Assembly (NCBI GenBank): GCA_964304625.1
Contig: OZ199840.1
Span: forward strand, 9,901,048-9,965,047
DNA from: Kudoa neothunni
Taxonomy: Eukaryota; Animalia; Cnidaria
Direction: 5' to 3'
Length of the DNA: 64,000 nt
Below are positions 27,401 to 41,108 of the stretch, piece by piece. The first letter of the stretch is position 1. Each line of letters starts with the position of its first letter. The notes under the pieces are model-generated. The model saw only the letters and a list, made by a program, of their open reading frames with translations. It did no database searches and was not told the DNA's origin. The translations under genes were made by a program, and so were the position numbers.

Positions 27401-30400
27401 TGGCAAGTCGTCTAGCAACGCTCATACATTTAAAGAACTTAAGCAACTCTACCACAACGGAACAATAAACGAGAACACCAAGGTTTGGGCGCAAGGAATG
27501 GAAGGTTGGAAAAATCTCAAGAATGTTACCCAACTCAAGTGGACTTTGGTTTCTAATGATGAGGCTATTCTTGATGAGACGGAGTTGGCTGTGAAAGTTT
27601 TGGACATACTCAATGTGATTGTAAAGTTCTATCCTAGTGTGGATGTGGATGGGGGAATAATTCGACCAATGCCTAGGGTGAAACGCTACCTTAGTGATAT
27701 TCGTTGTCTACCTCATTTGTGTCAATTGTTGTTGACATTCGAGCCGAGAATAGTGGAAAGGGTGTGTAGTTTGTTGTATGAGGTGATGTTGGAGAATCCA
27801 GCTATCAACCAGCTATTCCTCACCGGATTTTTCTATTTTGTTATGATGTACACTGGAAGTAATATCACACCGGTGGCCAGATTTCTTAAGTACACTCACA
27901 CCAAACAAGCTCACAGTTTGGCCAACTTTACCGAAAACTCCATCCAAAACAGTATTTCTCAACTCAGTATATTGAAATCTATTCTGCCTGATTCGCTGAT
28001 TTGTTATTTGTACAACTACGAGGTGCAGAAATTTTCGGAAGCTTTTTTAAGCGATTATGAAAATCCTGAAATTATCTGGTCGAATGAAATGCGACGATAT
28101 ATGATCGAAAGAATCGCACTTCATTTGGCTGATTTCACCGCAAAATTAAAGTCCAATGTGAAATCGCTGTACATTTATTGCCCCATGCCGGTGATCGAAT
28201 ATGAAGTGTTGAAGGATGAGATATTTTGTGGTAATTATTATTTGAGCCATTTGTGTGACGAAAACAACTTCCCCAACTGGCCTATTAACGATCCAGTCAA
28301 AGTCTTGAGGGATATTTTGGAAGCGTGGAAATTCGAGGTGAACAAGCAACCTCCCAAGATATCGGTTGAAGAAGCGTTGACTACGCTTGGATTGGAACCT
28401 GGTGTTGATCATGATAACGCTGCACTTCGTAGAGCCTACTTCAAATTGGCTACCAAATATCATCCTGACAAAAACCCAGATGGAAGAGATATTTTTGAAG
28501 CGGTTGTTAGCGCCTACGAATACCTATGTAGTAGAGAATTCATATCGAGCACTCCTCAAACTCACAACCTCATTCTTATACTCAAGTCACAATCAATTCT
28601 TTTCAAGCGTTGTGCTGATCAGCTAAAACCATACAAATACTCAGGCTATCCTATGTTGATACACACCTTACACGCTGAAACCAAAAAAGACGACAGTTGG
28701 ACTCAACAGCAAGATAGTTTGGTTTTGCCGGCAGCCGAATTGTGCCATTATTCAATTGCTTGCTCAGTGCTGAACGCTGAGGAGTTGCGTCGCGAAGGTG
28801 GAATCGAAATCCTCAAAGATATCATGAACCACTGTGCCCGTAATATGTCGCCAGTTTCAGCTCCTTCCGACACCATAGTCCAAGTGTGCAGTAGTATTGT
28901 ACAGTGCTTCACTGCATCCGCAATGTTTGAAGGTTTCCGTATGATCATATTCGAGCTACCTGGCTATGTACAAAATCTTTGCGAACTACTCATGTATCAT
29001 GAAACACTCACCGGCTTAGCTGGTAAAGTGTGTGAATGTGTTATCACTCTTGTGGTTGATGAAATGATCCAATTGAGACTGCTGGAAATGGGAATTCTCT
29101 ACCATTTGATTTTGTTTCTGTTCACCTACGACTACACTTTGTGCGAAAGTGGAATAGCGACAACTATCAAAAATAATACTCAAGTATTTTTTACACATTA
29201 AATTTACCAACTATTCGCACATTCATCTGCTTTCTCTATTAGATGTTATATAATGAGTTGGCTAGTTTGAGTATGCAAACATTGTCTATAATGGATCTCA
29301 CTTCCCTTGGTATGCCGTCTATTGATTTGACAAATTAATATATTTAATATAATTTTGTAGAAAGCGGTGGAATTCATTTGGTGATACACAACTTAATTCT
29401 ACGTCTTTTAACCCACCATATTGTTCATTCGTTGAAAAGTTGTCCTACACATGAGATCCTAAAACTGATTAACACCAACCACGAAACTCCGTATTATGTG
29501 TGGAATAATTCTTCGCGAAAGCAGCTGATGGACTTTGTGTCTCAAGCAAGAATTCCGAACCCTGACAATGTATGATATTTTGTTTAAACTTGATATCAGT
29601 GACTAAAATTTGTTTACATTCAATATAGGAACGTCTCAACTATGAAATTGCCTCCACATTCCATTACAAGGAACACGAGAACCTTCTTTTTATCGGCAGT
29701 GTCTATGTGAATATATACAACAAGAACCCTAGCTACGAACTGTACAATAAAGAAGAATTTATTGTGTCATTGTTGTCGTATATTGAGCTGGAATTGAAAG
29801 TATTTGAGACACTCCTACCTAATTTTATTTTTCTTCTAGCAACTTACAGAACCAAAAGAAAAACCCGTCCCTAAATCATCAAATGATGATCTTTTATCGT
29901 TTGACGACGATTGGGGCGATTCAGGATCTAAATTTCTCCATGAGATTGAAATATCAGCCGAAATGTCTGAGAACTTTGCTCAGTCATTGAAGGCAATCAC
30001 CAACCTACTCAAATACAACACTGGTAATCTCTTTTGTTTCTATTATTAAATATAAAGTGGCTTTGCTATTTTAGGAATTGAAATTTTTTGTAACAAATAC
30101 TGGAAATCGTTGTTTTTGTGTTTGGGCTTGGGCAAATATCCAACTTTGCAAAAGGAAACCTTGGATGTATTTTATTAGAATCTGTGTTGTTTTTCGACCA
30201 TTAGATTACTACTCTAATAATAATAGATCATACATAATTCGGTCAAAAATCTCAAATGTGTAGAATCACTAGAAAGTGTAGATGTTATGGGTTATCTGTT
30301 GCCTATGCTGGTGTATTTCCCCGAATGTATTATTATCCGAATATTTTCATTTGAAAGTTATTTTTATGGAATTTTCTTATAGGTCATCCAACACTTTTTG

Positions 30401-31850
30401 ATTGTTTTGAGGCGCTGTTCACCAAAATTAAACTCGTTAAAGAATGTGTGAATAAAGGCATTTTACTTTATTTGTTGAAGATATTTTGTCAGAGCTTCGA
30501 TCCCAACGTTCGATGTCGTACGGCGAGCCTCTTTGCTAGACTGGTCAATGATAAGCTTTCCGGACCTCGAATAAGAATAATGTTGTTGAAATTCTTACCG
30601 CATATATTCCTTGAAGCCATTATGGATGATGTGGAGGCTTCTGTGTTGTTATTTGAAAGCAACCAGGAAAATCCAGAACTGATTTGGAATGATGACATCA
30701 GAGATCATGTGTCTGCTACTGTCAGCAATATGTGTACCGAATTTTTTGCCAAACAAAGGAACAATCCCAATTCTGTTTTAAAAGTAACTTAGTTTGTTGT
30801 ATTGGCGACCTTTATTTTTTGATTATTAAGATTGACGACGATTTCAGTTGTTTCACCGATTTCTACACTCAAAGCGGCCGTGATATTATTGTTAATGGAG
30901 TTTATTTGCAGTTATTTATTTCTCAACCAGGATGGGTAATGGACTGGTTTGTTTTAAGTAAAATTATTCCAATAATTGTGTAGGTACTTCGACGTCCCAA
31001 AGAATTCCTCATCTCATTACTCGACAAAATTGTTTCCTACTACAACACTGAAAACCTATCTAGTGATGATATCAAACACTTGGAAATATGCACTAAGGCT
31101 TTTGTGTGCTTCATAACCGCCCAAAATCACGTCGCCGATAACATCCCTCAATTAGGTCATTTAACTAGTTGTGTGTCTACTCTTCGACTGTCAATTGATA
31201 TCAATAACAATATTATCGCCGGATCTGCTGTCAAAGTTATCCATGCCGTTATGAAAAACAACTATTGTTGCAAATGTATGATTCAATACAATGGTTTGCT
31301 TAGCTCAATCATCGCCGCCTTCAAAATTACTCCCGAACTGTGCGAACAACTCGCAGAAACTCTAAGCTTCGTTTTCTCACACAAATTCAACGAATACATT
31401 AATATGGTTTTGAATCAAAATTTGTTGAAAGATATTGTACAGCTATTGGAGGCCAGATTTAACACTGAGAACAAAAAAGTGACCACCGCTTCTCGTGCAC
31501 ACATTGTACGGGCTCTTCAGTATATGTGTGAAGACGAGGTGTATGGTGCTCAGGTAGCGATTAAACTCGGTTGTTTGTGTGGCTAAATTTTATTTGCGTT
31601 TCTGCAGATTGCAATGGAACTGGACAAATTCCCCATTTGGAAACAATACAAAAGTCAACGACATGATCTCTTTATCGATGAACCCAGCTTGGTACAAAAG
31701 ATTGGCTACGCCTCTTCAGGTATTGCTGGCTATTTGACCGCCGCTCACAACACCAAACCAAACACTATCACCAACCACACTCACAACCTTTTACTAACTC
31801 AAACCGAGCCGCCACCCCCGCCTGACATAAACGATGAGGATGACGACTAA
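21466..31850 (+). CDS. DNAJC13: RME-8 / DnaJ homolog subfamily C member 13 (~30 exons)
   Basis: N-terminal TKHSWKGKYKR, IWN repeats (PELIWN, PEIIWS, PYYVWN, NPELIWN), GYF_2-like WAQGMEGW, J domain with KYHPDKNPDG, and C-terminal YKSQRHDLFI...IAGYLT. The exons traced by eye join in frame. Confidence 0.97.
25369..25452. mobile_element. Small piggyBac-like relic inside the long RME-8 intron
   Basis: TTAA|CCTTCTAG ... TTAGAGGG|TTAA. The termini resemble those of the element at 11678-12827. Confidence 0.3.
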
Positions 31851-34202
31851 TTTCTCCCTTTTTGTCGTAGTTTTTAAACACTGATCTTTTTTCACTTTTT
31901 ATCAAATTCTGCCTTCGTCGTTGTTTTTTAATTACTCTGATTTCTGCTTATTGTTAGTTGTACAGATTGTTTTGGCTTCATAATTATTGAGATTTGATGT
32001 GTGCTAGTTGTTATATTTAATTTTGTGGTATTTTCCAGTTTTGTTCTTTAGTAAATGACAGAATTATAATTCTTTGATGGTAACAATTTTTACATTTATT
32101 TAATATGTCGGAGATACTTGTAGTTTGCGTAAACTTGCAACTAGGGTATTCTATTCAAATATTATTGAAGACCCTATTAACGTTATTTAATTTGATAACC
32201 CCAAAAATTTAGAGCTTGTACCGAAATTATAAAATTATTATATTTTAAAAATAAGAATTAATCTTAATGATGAATTATCAAAATACTTTATTTATTTTAG
32301 TGACTTTTAAATAAAAATTCACGTTGCCATAGGGATGAATTAATTGTTAAATTATTTATTTTGATTTGATAAGTATATTAAATAATTATGAATTATTTTA
32401 ATTTCTCGCTAACCCTTCCGAAATGCTTGGGACTCAATCGAGGTATCATCGAAGGATTAATTTGAGTAATTTTTTTTATCAAAATTTTTTAACAATAATT
32501 ATTGTTTACTTCGTGGATGATTTAATATTATTTAACAAAAATCCCGCCATATTTTTACATCCTAATGGGTTAAGTCGGGGCTGGTGATAATAGTTTGACG
32601 TAGTGGAATCGAATAGAGGTGAAAATTTGTTATTGCTTAGTTTGCATATGACTAGCTTAGAGAGATCTGTAATATTAAAGTTTTCTAAACTAAAATGGAT
32701 CAAAAATTGATTTTGACGTTTTTAAATCGTTGGATTGCTTTTCCTGGTTAAATTAATATGCATTTTTTTAATTACAACTATTATTATATTATTTTTGAAA
32801 TATATTCAACTTTTTGATGAACCAATAATTAAAAAATATTGTATTATGATAACTTATTGATGAATAAAGAATCTCCGTTTTGTTTTTGTTAAGTATAGTT
32901 TGTTGTGTTATGAATATCAAAATATTTTTAAAGCGACGAAACAAACAAAACTAAGTTAAATTGTGTTAAGGTAGTATAACCATTACAGAAATCTTCTTAA
33001 ATTCCAAAACAAAATGGGATTAATATTACTAGAGAATATTACATCAATTACCTTTAAGATGGGAAAGAATGGTTGTGTGAGTATGCTATAAAAGAAGGTT
33101 TTTTGAATATCCATCAAAAATGTGTGTGACTTAAAGAGGAGTAATATGATTCTAATAATTATTTTAACGATTTAAATAGGAATTAACAATCAGTCTCACA
33201 TTATGAGAGTCAAATATTATTGACTACATACCCAAAAAATCATTCATTAATTTTCTTGCCATAAATATTATTCTTGAGTGTATCAATTAGCCCCTTATTT
33301 GATATTTGCATAATTCTTTCTGGAAATATTGCAACATTTATCCAATGAATTTTTTTAATATCTTTTCTGACTTGCATTCATCATTTTGTGTCAAAATTTA
33401 AAAAAAAATCAACTTTAAAAGTTCTACAATATTTCTAATTAAAGATGGATTAATAAAGTAATCGATTTTTTCATAATCCTTTTACTTCAAAGATTATTAG
33501 GTAGGAAATATTTTTTGATATTATGTTAGGATATCCGAAATATTCTTTGTTTTATATAAATAATAGAAAGATCTGAAAATAAAATATTTCTAATTTTAAA
33601 TTATAATTGAGCTGATTATAATAGAAAAACAGTTATAATTAATCTCGACTTTTTAATATTAAGGGATTATCATTATAATGTGAATATTGGTTTACTTTAC
33701 AAAACAATTGTAAAATATTAAGCTATTATTATTATTTTATTAAATTTTCTGTTTTTGGTCTATATCTTTTGCTCATGTCACATTCATATTATAACTTGAA
33801 TTAATTAAAAATAGTTTTCAGAATAATATTCTAATTGAGAAAGGTTATATAAAATCTCACAGAAAATAACAAAACCTCATTTAATGGGAAATATAGATGT
33901 TACATATTTCCCAATTTTCTGATAAAATTTGAAAACGCTAAAACAAAATTAATAAATTCCAAAGCAATTTATTTGGATACATGCACACTAGAAACATTTT
34001 TATGTGTTTTATAAAGATATTGACGTAATATTCTCAGGATTAATTTTAATTCAACAACCCTAGTTCACAACCAACAAATGATATTGCCTTCACAAAATCA
34101 GAATACTATTAAGGAGATAACCTTTGCGTAAATTCTAGCTAAATAAACAGTATTAATTATACAGAGATTTAAACGTAGAATAAGGTGAGTCGGTTGAAGA
34201 TA

Positions 34203-35130
34203 ATGTGTTCTCGTGGATTTGTAACATAAAATATTTGAATATGGTTTATAATTGGTGTAGATATTTTGCTATGTTTTGACGTTGCTATTAATTTTCGCTC
34301 AATCTATTCGATCCAGCTTTATTAAAAAGTATTTATTTATCATCTACAAAAACTGAGATCATCAAGAAATTTGTTGAACAAATTTAACCAACATAAAGAT
34401 CTTCAAAGCCTGCAAGGATCCTCGTTATACGTAATCGCGAAAACCAATTATACTGTTCTAACAAGATACAGTATTATTTTTTAAATATCAGCCATTTACA
34501 GCTAAACATAGTGCGGAAATTGGACGGAAGAGGGCCTTTAAATCGGCGAGATCTTGATAAAAACGAAACATTGTTGGTTGAGGATGTCGGTGAAATCAAT
34601 CCCCTTCAGGGTTATATTTATATGTGGAAACGGAAGAAATCTGCATGCTTGATAGTCAATTACTTGGTGTTTGCTTGTGGTAAATTGGATTTGGATTTTA
34701 TTATTCGAAACTTGACGTGCGAAAAAAATATTATTATCGAAATGGATTACAACTGTGGCAATGGCATACGTATTTTGATCAATGAAGAAGGTTATCCGCC
34801 AGAATACTTCCAGTACACTCTCATTAATATACCAACACGCTTTTACAGGTAGGTTTTGTTAGTATTAATTTTAAAATCTCTACTTTTGATGATATAAAGT
34901 GGATTGTTAAAAGATTTTCAATCAAACTATACTAATGGTGAATTTTTATTATGTTAGAACCAAGAAAAAAGAAAGTAAAGAGATTAAGGTGACTATCTCG
35001 ATTGCTGTTGGAATAATGGCTGTAGTCTTGATTATAACATTCACAGTGATTATTTTACGTTGAATCTCACAACTAGGATGCATTCTCTCATATTGTTTTT
35101 TTCCAAGGTGATGTTCGCTCTGAGCTTTGA
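34203..35130 (+). CDS. Uncharacterised single-pass membrane protein, paralog A
   Basis: MCSRGF|IFCYVLTLLLIFAQSIRS signal peptide, with introns at 34221-34260, 34329-34366 and ~34471-34511. Ectodomain contains EMDYNCGNGIRILI. TM VTISIAVGIMAVVLIITFTVIIL, then a possible last exon RDVRSEL*. Joining the ectodomain to the TM needs a 1-nt correction near 34909-34912. Confidence 0.65.
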
Positions 35131-36089
35131 TTTAATAAGTTTCCTCATTTATAGTTTTAATGAATTGAAATGTATTAAACAAGGAATAATTTTAGTACAA
35201 TCAAATGTATACCGTCAATAATAAAATTAGAGCCAGGCATTACTATAGTAATACCGGAATGTAGCGTGGCTTCGCAGTATTTACATAAAAAATAATTTAT
35301 ATAATGGAACCTCGCAATTTCCAAGTAATGTGTGTTTGAATAACTTTACATAGGGTTGGAAATTATTCGGGCGTGATTTATGAGCGCCGAATATGGTGGC
35401 TTATTATGTGATAAAAATGTTCTAACAAAAATAAAAAATCCATTATTGACAATTTTTAATCAATATTTCGCTCTGACTAACATATGGAATGCAAAAAGTG
35501 CCAGAATGCATTAAAAACTTGTTCATTAAAGTGTCACGAATAATTAACCTCGAAAACTTCCAACTCTATTTATAAATTTATCATATAACTTTATAAATTA
35601 CTCTTTATAATAAACATTGTTTTATATTATTTCTTTTTGCAATATCTTTCTCGTGTTTTCAGTTTGAACTGAATACAGTAATATTCATAAAAGCTAAAAA
35701 CATTGTAATATCACCAATTTCTAATAGTGGATTAAATTTATGCTTTGAATATTTTTTTATTTGTACAGAATTTAAAATAGAATTAGTGAAAGTAATTTTA
35801 TTAATATTACGTAGATTATAGTTAAATTAAAATCTCTTTGTGGAAAATTTGAGCATATGTTACCTTAGTTAATTATTTTAAATACCTTATAACTACTCAC
35901 ACGACCAGTAAAAAGAAGTGTTTTCTTTATTGTGTATAATGAAAAATTAAATAATGTAATTTATTTGGATTTTCTATTTAGTTATTCCTTTAAATTCATT
36001 TTGGTCGATTTATCATGGCAGAAAATCTCAAATTAAAAATTTTTAAAAGGTTCCCTAGATGATTGTTGTTTAACATGTATTAATTCCCA

Positions 36090-36091
36090 CC

Positions 36092-36146
<55 letters not shown>

Positions 36147-36777
36147 AAGTAGTAGTGTCCGTGTGTGTGTCTGTGTGTACGCACAAATCTTCTCCTCATA
36201 CAGAGACTTTCATTAATATTTGAGTTTCATAGTATACTTTAAAAAATACAAAACTAACTACAAAAAATACAGCGGGGTTGTCTGCTTTCTTATAAAGTGG
36301 TGAATTTGTAGTGTAAACTTTTTGTAAACAGATTAGCGCTGACAATAATAAGATTACTTTATCATGTGATTCGCTATAATGTTCAATAATATGCGTATAT
36401 AGCTTTAATTTATGTTATTTAAATACACCTGAAACTTAAACTTTACTTTATTTACAATTCAAACTAAGTTAACAGGTTCTACAACATTCGTGGATGCGTA
36501 GGCGGTGAGGCGTCGTTAACGAAGATTTGTTATTTAAAAAGGAGATTAATAAACCACACGAGTTGCAAGAACTTATGATTCAAATTAAAATAGTCTAATA
36601 AAGAAGAAAGGGAAGATGATAGGATTATAGCTGTTTTATTAAGGAAAAGACTGTTATAGAAAGAACGATAAAATAATTATAATTGACTCTTAACATAAAA
36701 TGACCTTGGCCTATTTCCAGGCCAAAGCCAGCGTGGTCGGGCAAGGAAACCCAAGCGAAGCGGGGTTTTTGCGCTAG
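36090..36777 (+). mobile_element. Non-autonomous Helitron
   Basis: 5' (TA)n-AAAG followed by a GTGTGTGT tract. 3' hairpin AAACCC-AAGCGAAGC-GGGGTTTT followed by GCGCTAG|T. Confidence 0.75.
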
Positions 36778-37137
36778 TCAAATTATAAGATTGTATATAT
36801 ATTCTCTAAAAATGTTCAAAATCAATAGATTATATATTTATGCCCTGTTTTTAACAACTTTCGATTATGTGCTAAAATTAATGCATTCAGTTGTATTTTT
36901 TTGCATTCTTGAGGAATCCTACTTAAATAATATAACAAATCTCACTTGTTTATATTTACTAGATTCTAAGTCTTAAATAATACAATAAAATTGACTAAAA
37001 TAATAATTAATTAATGAAGTGGAGATTTATTATATATTTCTTTCGTTGTTTAAAATTTATACGCTAAAAATGTCGACAAAAATAAAAAAAAAAGACAACA
37101 ACAAAAATTTCGAAAAAGGTTATTTGCTATACCAAAA

Positions 37138-38362
37138 TCAGACCATGTTTGGACAGCGAACAAAAGCTGTAAAGATTGGTATCTCGCTTTCGTTATTCAT
37201 GACCAAATACAAAAATGGTCGACTGGCTTCAAAGGTATTAATTCTGCCAGGCATACAGCATCCAGCCAAAGTGGTTGCTGTTGCTGCAGCCGCAACAGTT
37301 TCCTCTTCGTCTACAATAATTCTTGTAGATTGCAATACTTCTGATACAACAATATTTTGCAAAGTGATTCCACTGAAATTGCATCGATTGGGATCAAAAA
37401 TGATATCCAAGTTTTTCCCTCCCTCACTCTTTTTATCTGAGAGAAACTTTTTCAGGATAAAATCGCATTCAAAGGAGAACTTAGGAATGGAAACGAACAC
37501 TGATTCACGATTAGATTCGTTAAGGCTTTTAATAACTTTTGTAAGCTAAAGCGAATATTAAAGGTTTATTGATTGTAAATTATCAAAACTCACCAATGCA
37601 GGCCTGAAAAATATCGGTGTATGATTCTCGCATTGGGGGCAAAATCAAAATAGCAGAGTAGTTTCGATGATGGAATGGTAGTTTGATTGAGGAGATATCG
37701 GAAACATCATCATGGAAATATTGGAATTTCTTTTGTTGTTCCATGAATAGCACATCAACGGTTGAACTAGGGTTCAGGTAGAATTTGCCTGTTGTTGTTT
37801 TATTTTTCTTGAATGGGAATTTCCATTTGGCTTTGAAAAATGCCGTGGTTACGAGGACCAACAATGTGTGAGAGGTGATACAATCAGCATTTTTCATCAT
37901 ATCGTTAATGAGATGGTTAGTGTTTTCAGAAATCCATTGATCAATTACAGAAACACTTGTCTCGACATCGCGAAAATCGACATATTTCACAAAGGCATCG
38001 AAGAGCTGCTTAGCGCTAGAAACGTAGTTCGCTTCAAGGTCACAACCGGAAAACACACCGCAATTCAGGTCCAAACAGGATTGGCTAGCTCCAGAATCTT
38101 GCTGATTAGCGGCACTGTTGAAATGGTTAGTACTGTAAAGTCCGGTCTGTGTGTGTGCTAGGAGTTTACAATCGATTCCAGTAACTTGCTGCAGTGCATT
38201 GTACGTTTGTTCTTTGGAACCCAGTTGTAACACGGTTAACAGATGGTGTAGACTTAATGACGAAAAGACCATATTCTTAGACCAATTATCTGATTTTCCA
38301 AAGAATAGGAGTAGTTCATTGGAAATATTAGCGATGGTATTGGCTGTGGTTACGTTAGGCAT
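37138..38362 (-). CDS. Serpin with no signal peptide (intracellular, clade-B-like), 2 exons
   Basis: Motifs NMVFSSLS, IDQWISENTNHLI, LVLVTTAFFKAKWKFPF, IKLPF and VSIPKF; hinge EEETVAAAAT; C-terminal FEASRPFLYLV..IFTAFVRCP. Intron donor GTGAGT at ~37593. Confidence 0.93.
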
Positions 38363-39654
38363 TAGTCGAGGAAAAGTTCACCAGCACTGTCACCTTCCGA
38401 ATTAAATGCTTAAAGCAACGGCTTCTCTTGACAAAGTCGTTAATCGCGTTATGCATTTATTCAAAAAAAGTGTTTAGGTTTTAAAATATTCCTTATGTTG
38501 ATAACTGTATATTATAATTCGGTACATTTGTTTTCACAACCAAACATGCTTATATTTGTTGTTATTTTGACTTTTTATATAATAAACTGTTCAAATAGTA
38601 AATCTACCCTACGTTAAGCTCATTACAGTTGAAATTTACAACAAACCTCAAATACCTTTCGCTGTTATACAAATAAGTTAAACCAAGTTAATATTTATTA
38701 ACTTATGCATATAATTTTACTAAAAATTTAAATAACGATTCATATCATAAAATTTCTGTTCTATCAAATGAATACCACTACACACAACTGTTGCTAATGT
38801 GTAATCTATAAAAACTCGAAGGGTTAGTTTTTTAATCTTTAATAGAGTAATATTTTAATTCCCCAATACCGATAAACAAGATTATCTGAATTGACGATTT
38901 CCGGCTGATCAAATACAAATTAAACCAGTTTTTCATCAGGGGAATTCCAAATTTAACATATAAATACTGAAGTAAAATAAAATCGGGTTTTAGTTAAATT
39001 AAGACTTTTTTAAAATCTTTATTTATTACCAGCTGGATCAAACTTTTCGCGGACATTCATTATTTAAATTCTATGCAAATTCAATTTCTTTATTTATACA
39101 AATTGGAGCCAAATTTTCTATAATTTAGGTTGTTCTTCACCAATTTAAACCCTCTAATCTGAGTAAAACAGATTAATTTTGATTAATCCATTAGAAAAGA
39201 CATTAAGAATTAAATGTATTGATTTTGTTAATTTTACAATATTTTTGAATTCTTTAGACATTAAAAAATGGAAGTTGTTATTGCCACAGTAAATAATATT
39301 CAGGTAATACTAGTTCTGACGGTAATCGGGGAGTGTGTGGCACCTAAAAATCACTATCTTGCGCATGTTCCTTCTTCTTAATTTTTTCACGATTGTTTGT
39401 AATAAAATAATACCGAGAGCAGAGATTCAGCTCAAAATAACACCCTCTAAATTCTAACAATTCTTAACCCGAACACTGTCGGATGCACGTGCAATCTCCA
39501 TCCTGTGACAATAAACATTGAATTTTCTCTTATTTCCAAACTAACCATTAATTTAATGATTTATTATTGAACATAATAATTTAATTCCTTTATTTGAACA
39601 ACATATAAACTTCGTTAATAAAATAATGGGTTAGCTTAGCACGTTTTTAAGGGA

Positions 39655-40941
39655 ATGGATTCGCTAAGTTTTTTAGGAGATGACGCTTTTTTTTCGTTGA
39701 TTAATGATCCCGTGAAATTATTTAATGCATTGTTACATAAAGGGTATCTTTGTTCTCATCCTAATAGGTGCTCTAAATGTTATAATTTTAAATGTTTTTC
39801 GTTAACAAAACGAAAATCAAATGTCAGAAGACCTATGTCAAAAATGGCACCGTACGAACGGAATGATTATGATTATATGTTTTGCTACTTTTGTAAAAAG
39901 TAATAACGTTGTCTCTAAAAACCACCTTAACGGGATTTAGATGCAAAACCAAGGTATCTCCGAGGAATGGGACGTTCTATTTCAAGTTGTCATGGTCCAT
40001 CTCATAACCTGACGGTCAACAAAATTTGTAAAATTATTTATTATCGGTCTATGGATAATTCTATTTTATCCGCCTCCGAAATGATTCATTCTGACAAGAA
40101 AACGATGGCTATGTGGTTTACAAAGCTTCGAGATATTTGTACCCAGAACTTTAATCAACGATCCAAATTTGGCGGGGAAGGTTTCGTAGTAGAAATAGGC
40201 GAAACTCTTCTCCACGGAAAACGAAAAAATAATCGTGGCCGTTATTTAAAAGGAGATGTTTGGAAGACGTCTCCGAACAAAGAATCTGTTGATCTACGAG
40301 TGATTATCTCTATTATTTAATGCACTATATTTCGTTATAATGGCTTGTTATACTTTCGATCTTATAGCAATCGATGATATGAGCGGAAGTCAATATGAGC
40401 CATCAGAGAACCAAGTGTCGGATAATTACTCAAGTAATCTATGATTACCTTGTTCAATTTGTTTAAGTATATAAATTCAGCAAGAAGAGAAAGGTACGGT
40501 AACCATATTGACGGGCCGTGGATATTTGGTTTGACACTTTGTCAAGTCGACGACAATAACAAAAGGTGGCTAAAGGAGGTTCGATACTTCTACGTCGAAA
40601 AAGGAAATTCTGAAACCTTAACCGAAATTATCAAGAATGAAGTCATTTCTGGGTCGACCATTTTTAGTGATGAGTGGTCTGCCTACAATAGTTTATCATC
40701 ACTTGGTTATAATCATATAAACATTAATCATTCTATAAGATATGTTCGCGATGGTTTTCACACTAATACCATCGAGGCCTGCTGGGGAAGACTGAAAACA
40801 AAATTCCTAAGAATCAAGAGAGGAGTTTCTTTTGAAAACTTAGAAACATATTTATCCGAGGAATGGTTCAGATCAATTTACGGGGAAAATTTTGAACTTT
40901 TAAATAACGTTTTTAGTATGATTAAATATACTACTGAATAA
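39655..40941 (+). mobile_element. Merlin / IS1595(ISXO2)-like transposase, probably inactive
   Basis: N-terminal CxxC...CxxC; FGGEGFVVEIGETLLHGKRKNNRGR (first catalytic D replaced by G); GPWIFG; GSTIFSDEWSAY; HTNTIEACWGRLK; YLSEEWFR. In-frame TAA codons at ~39901. Confidence 0.9.
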
Positions 40942-41108
40942 ATAAATACATGTCTATCTATGAATATGCAAAAATTATTAAATTAACTATATTGCAGCTT
41001 TTTTTAATGCATAAAGAATATATGTGGTATAATATAAGTAAGGAATGCCGTTTTCGATTTTAGCCGTCGAATTTTTTGAAAATAAACGTCGAAATCGGCA
41101 TTACCTAA

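Noticed and set aside
26856-30698. Antisense and alternative-frame ORFs over RME-8, and similar ones over PGLS, the serpin and gag-pol
   Set aside because: Shadow ORFs of real coding exons with no independent motifs.
39303-41105. Full TIR pair and TSD for the Merlin element
   Set aside because: Only GGTAAT matches between the candidate ends and the 8-bp flanks differ, so boundaries could not be supported.
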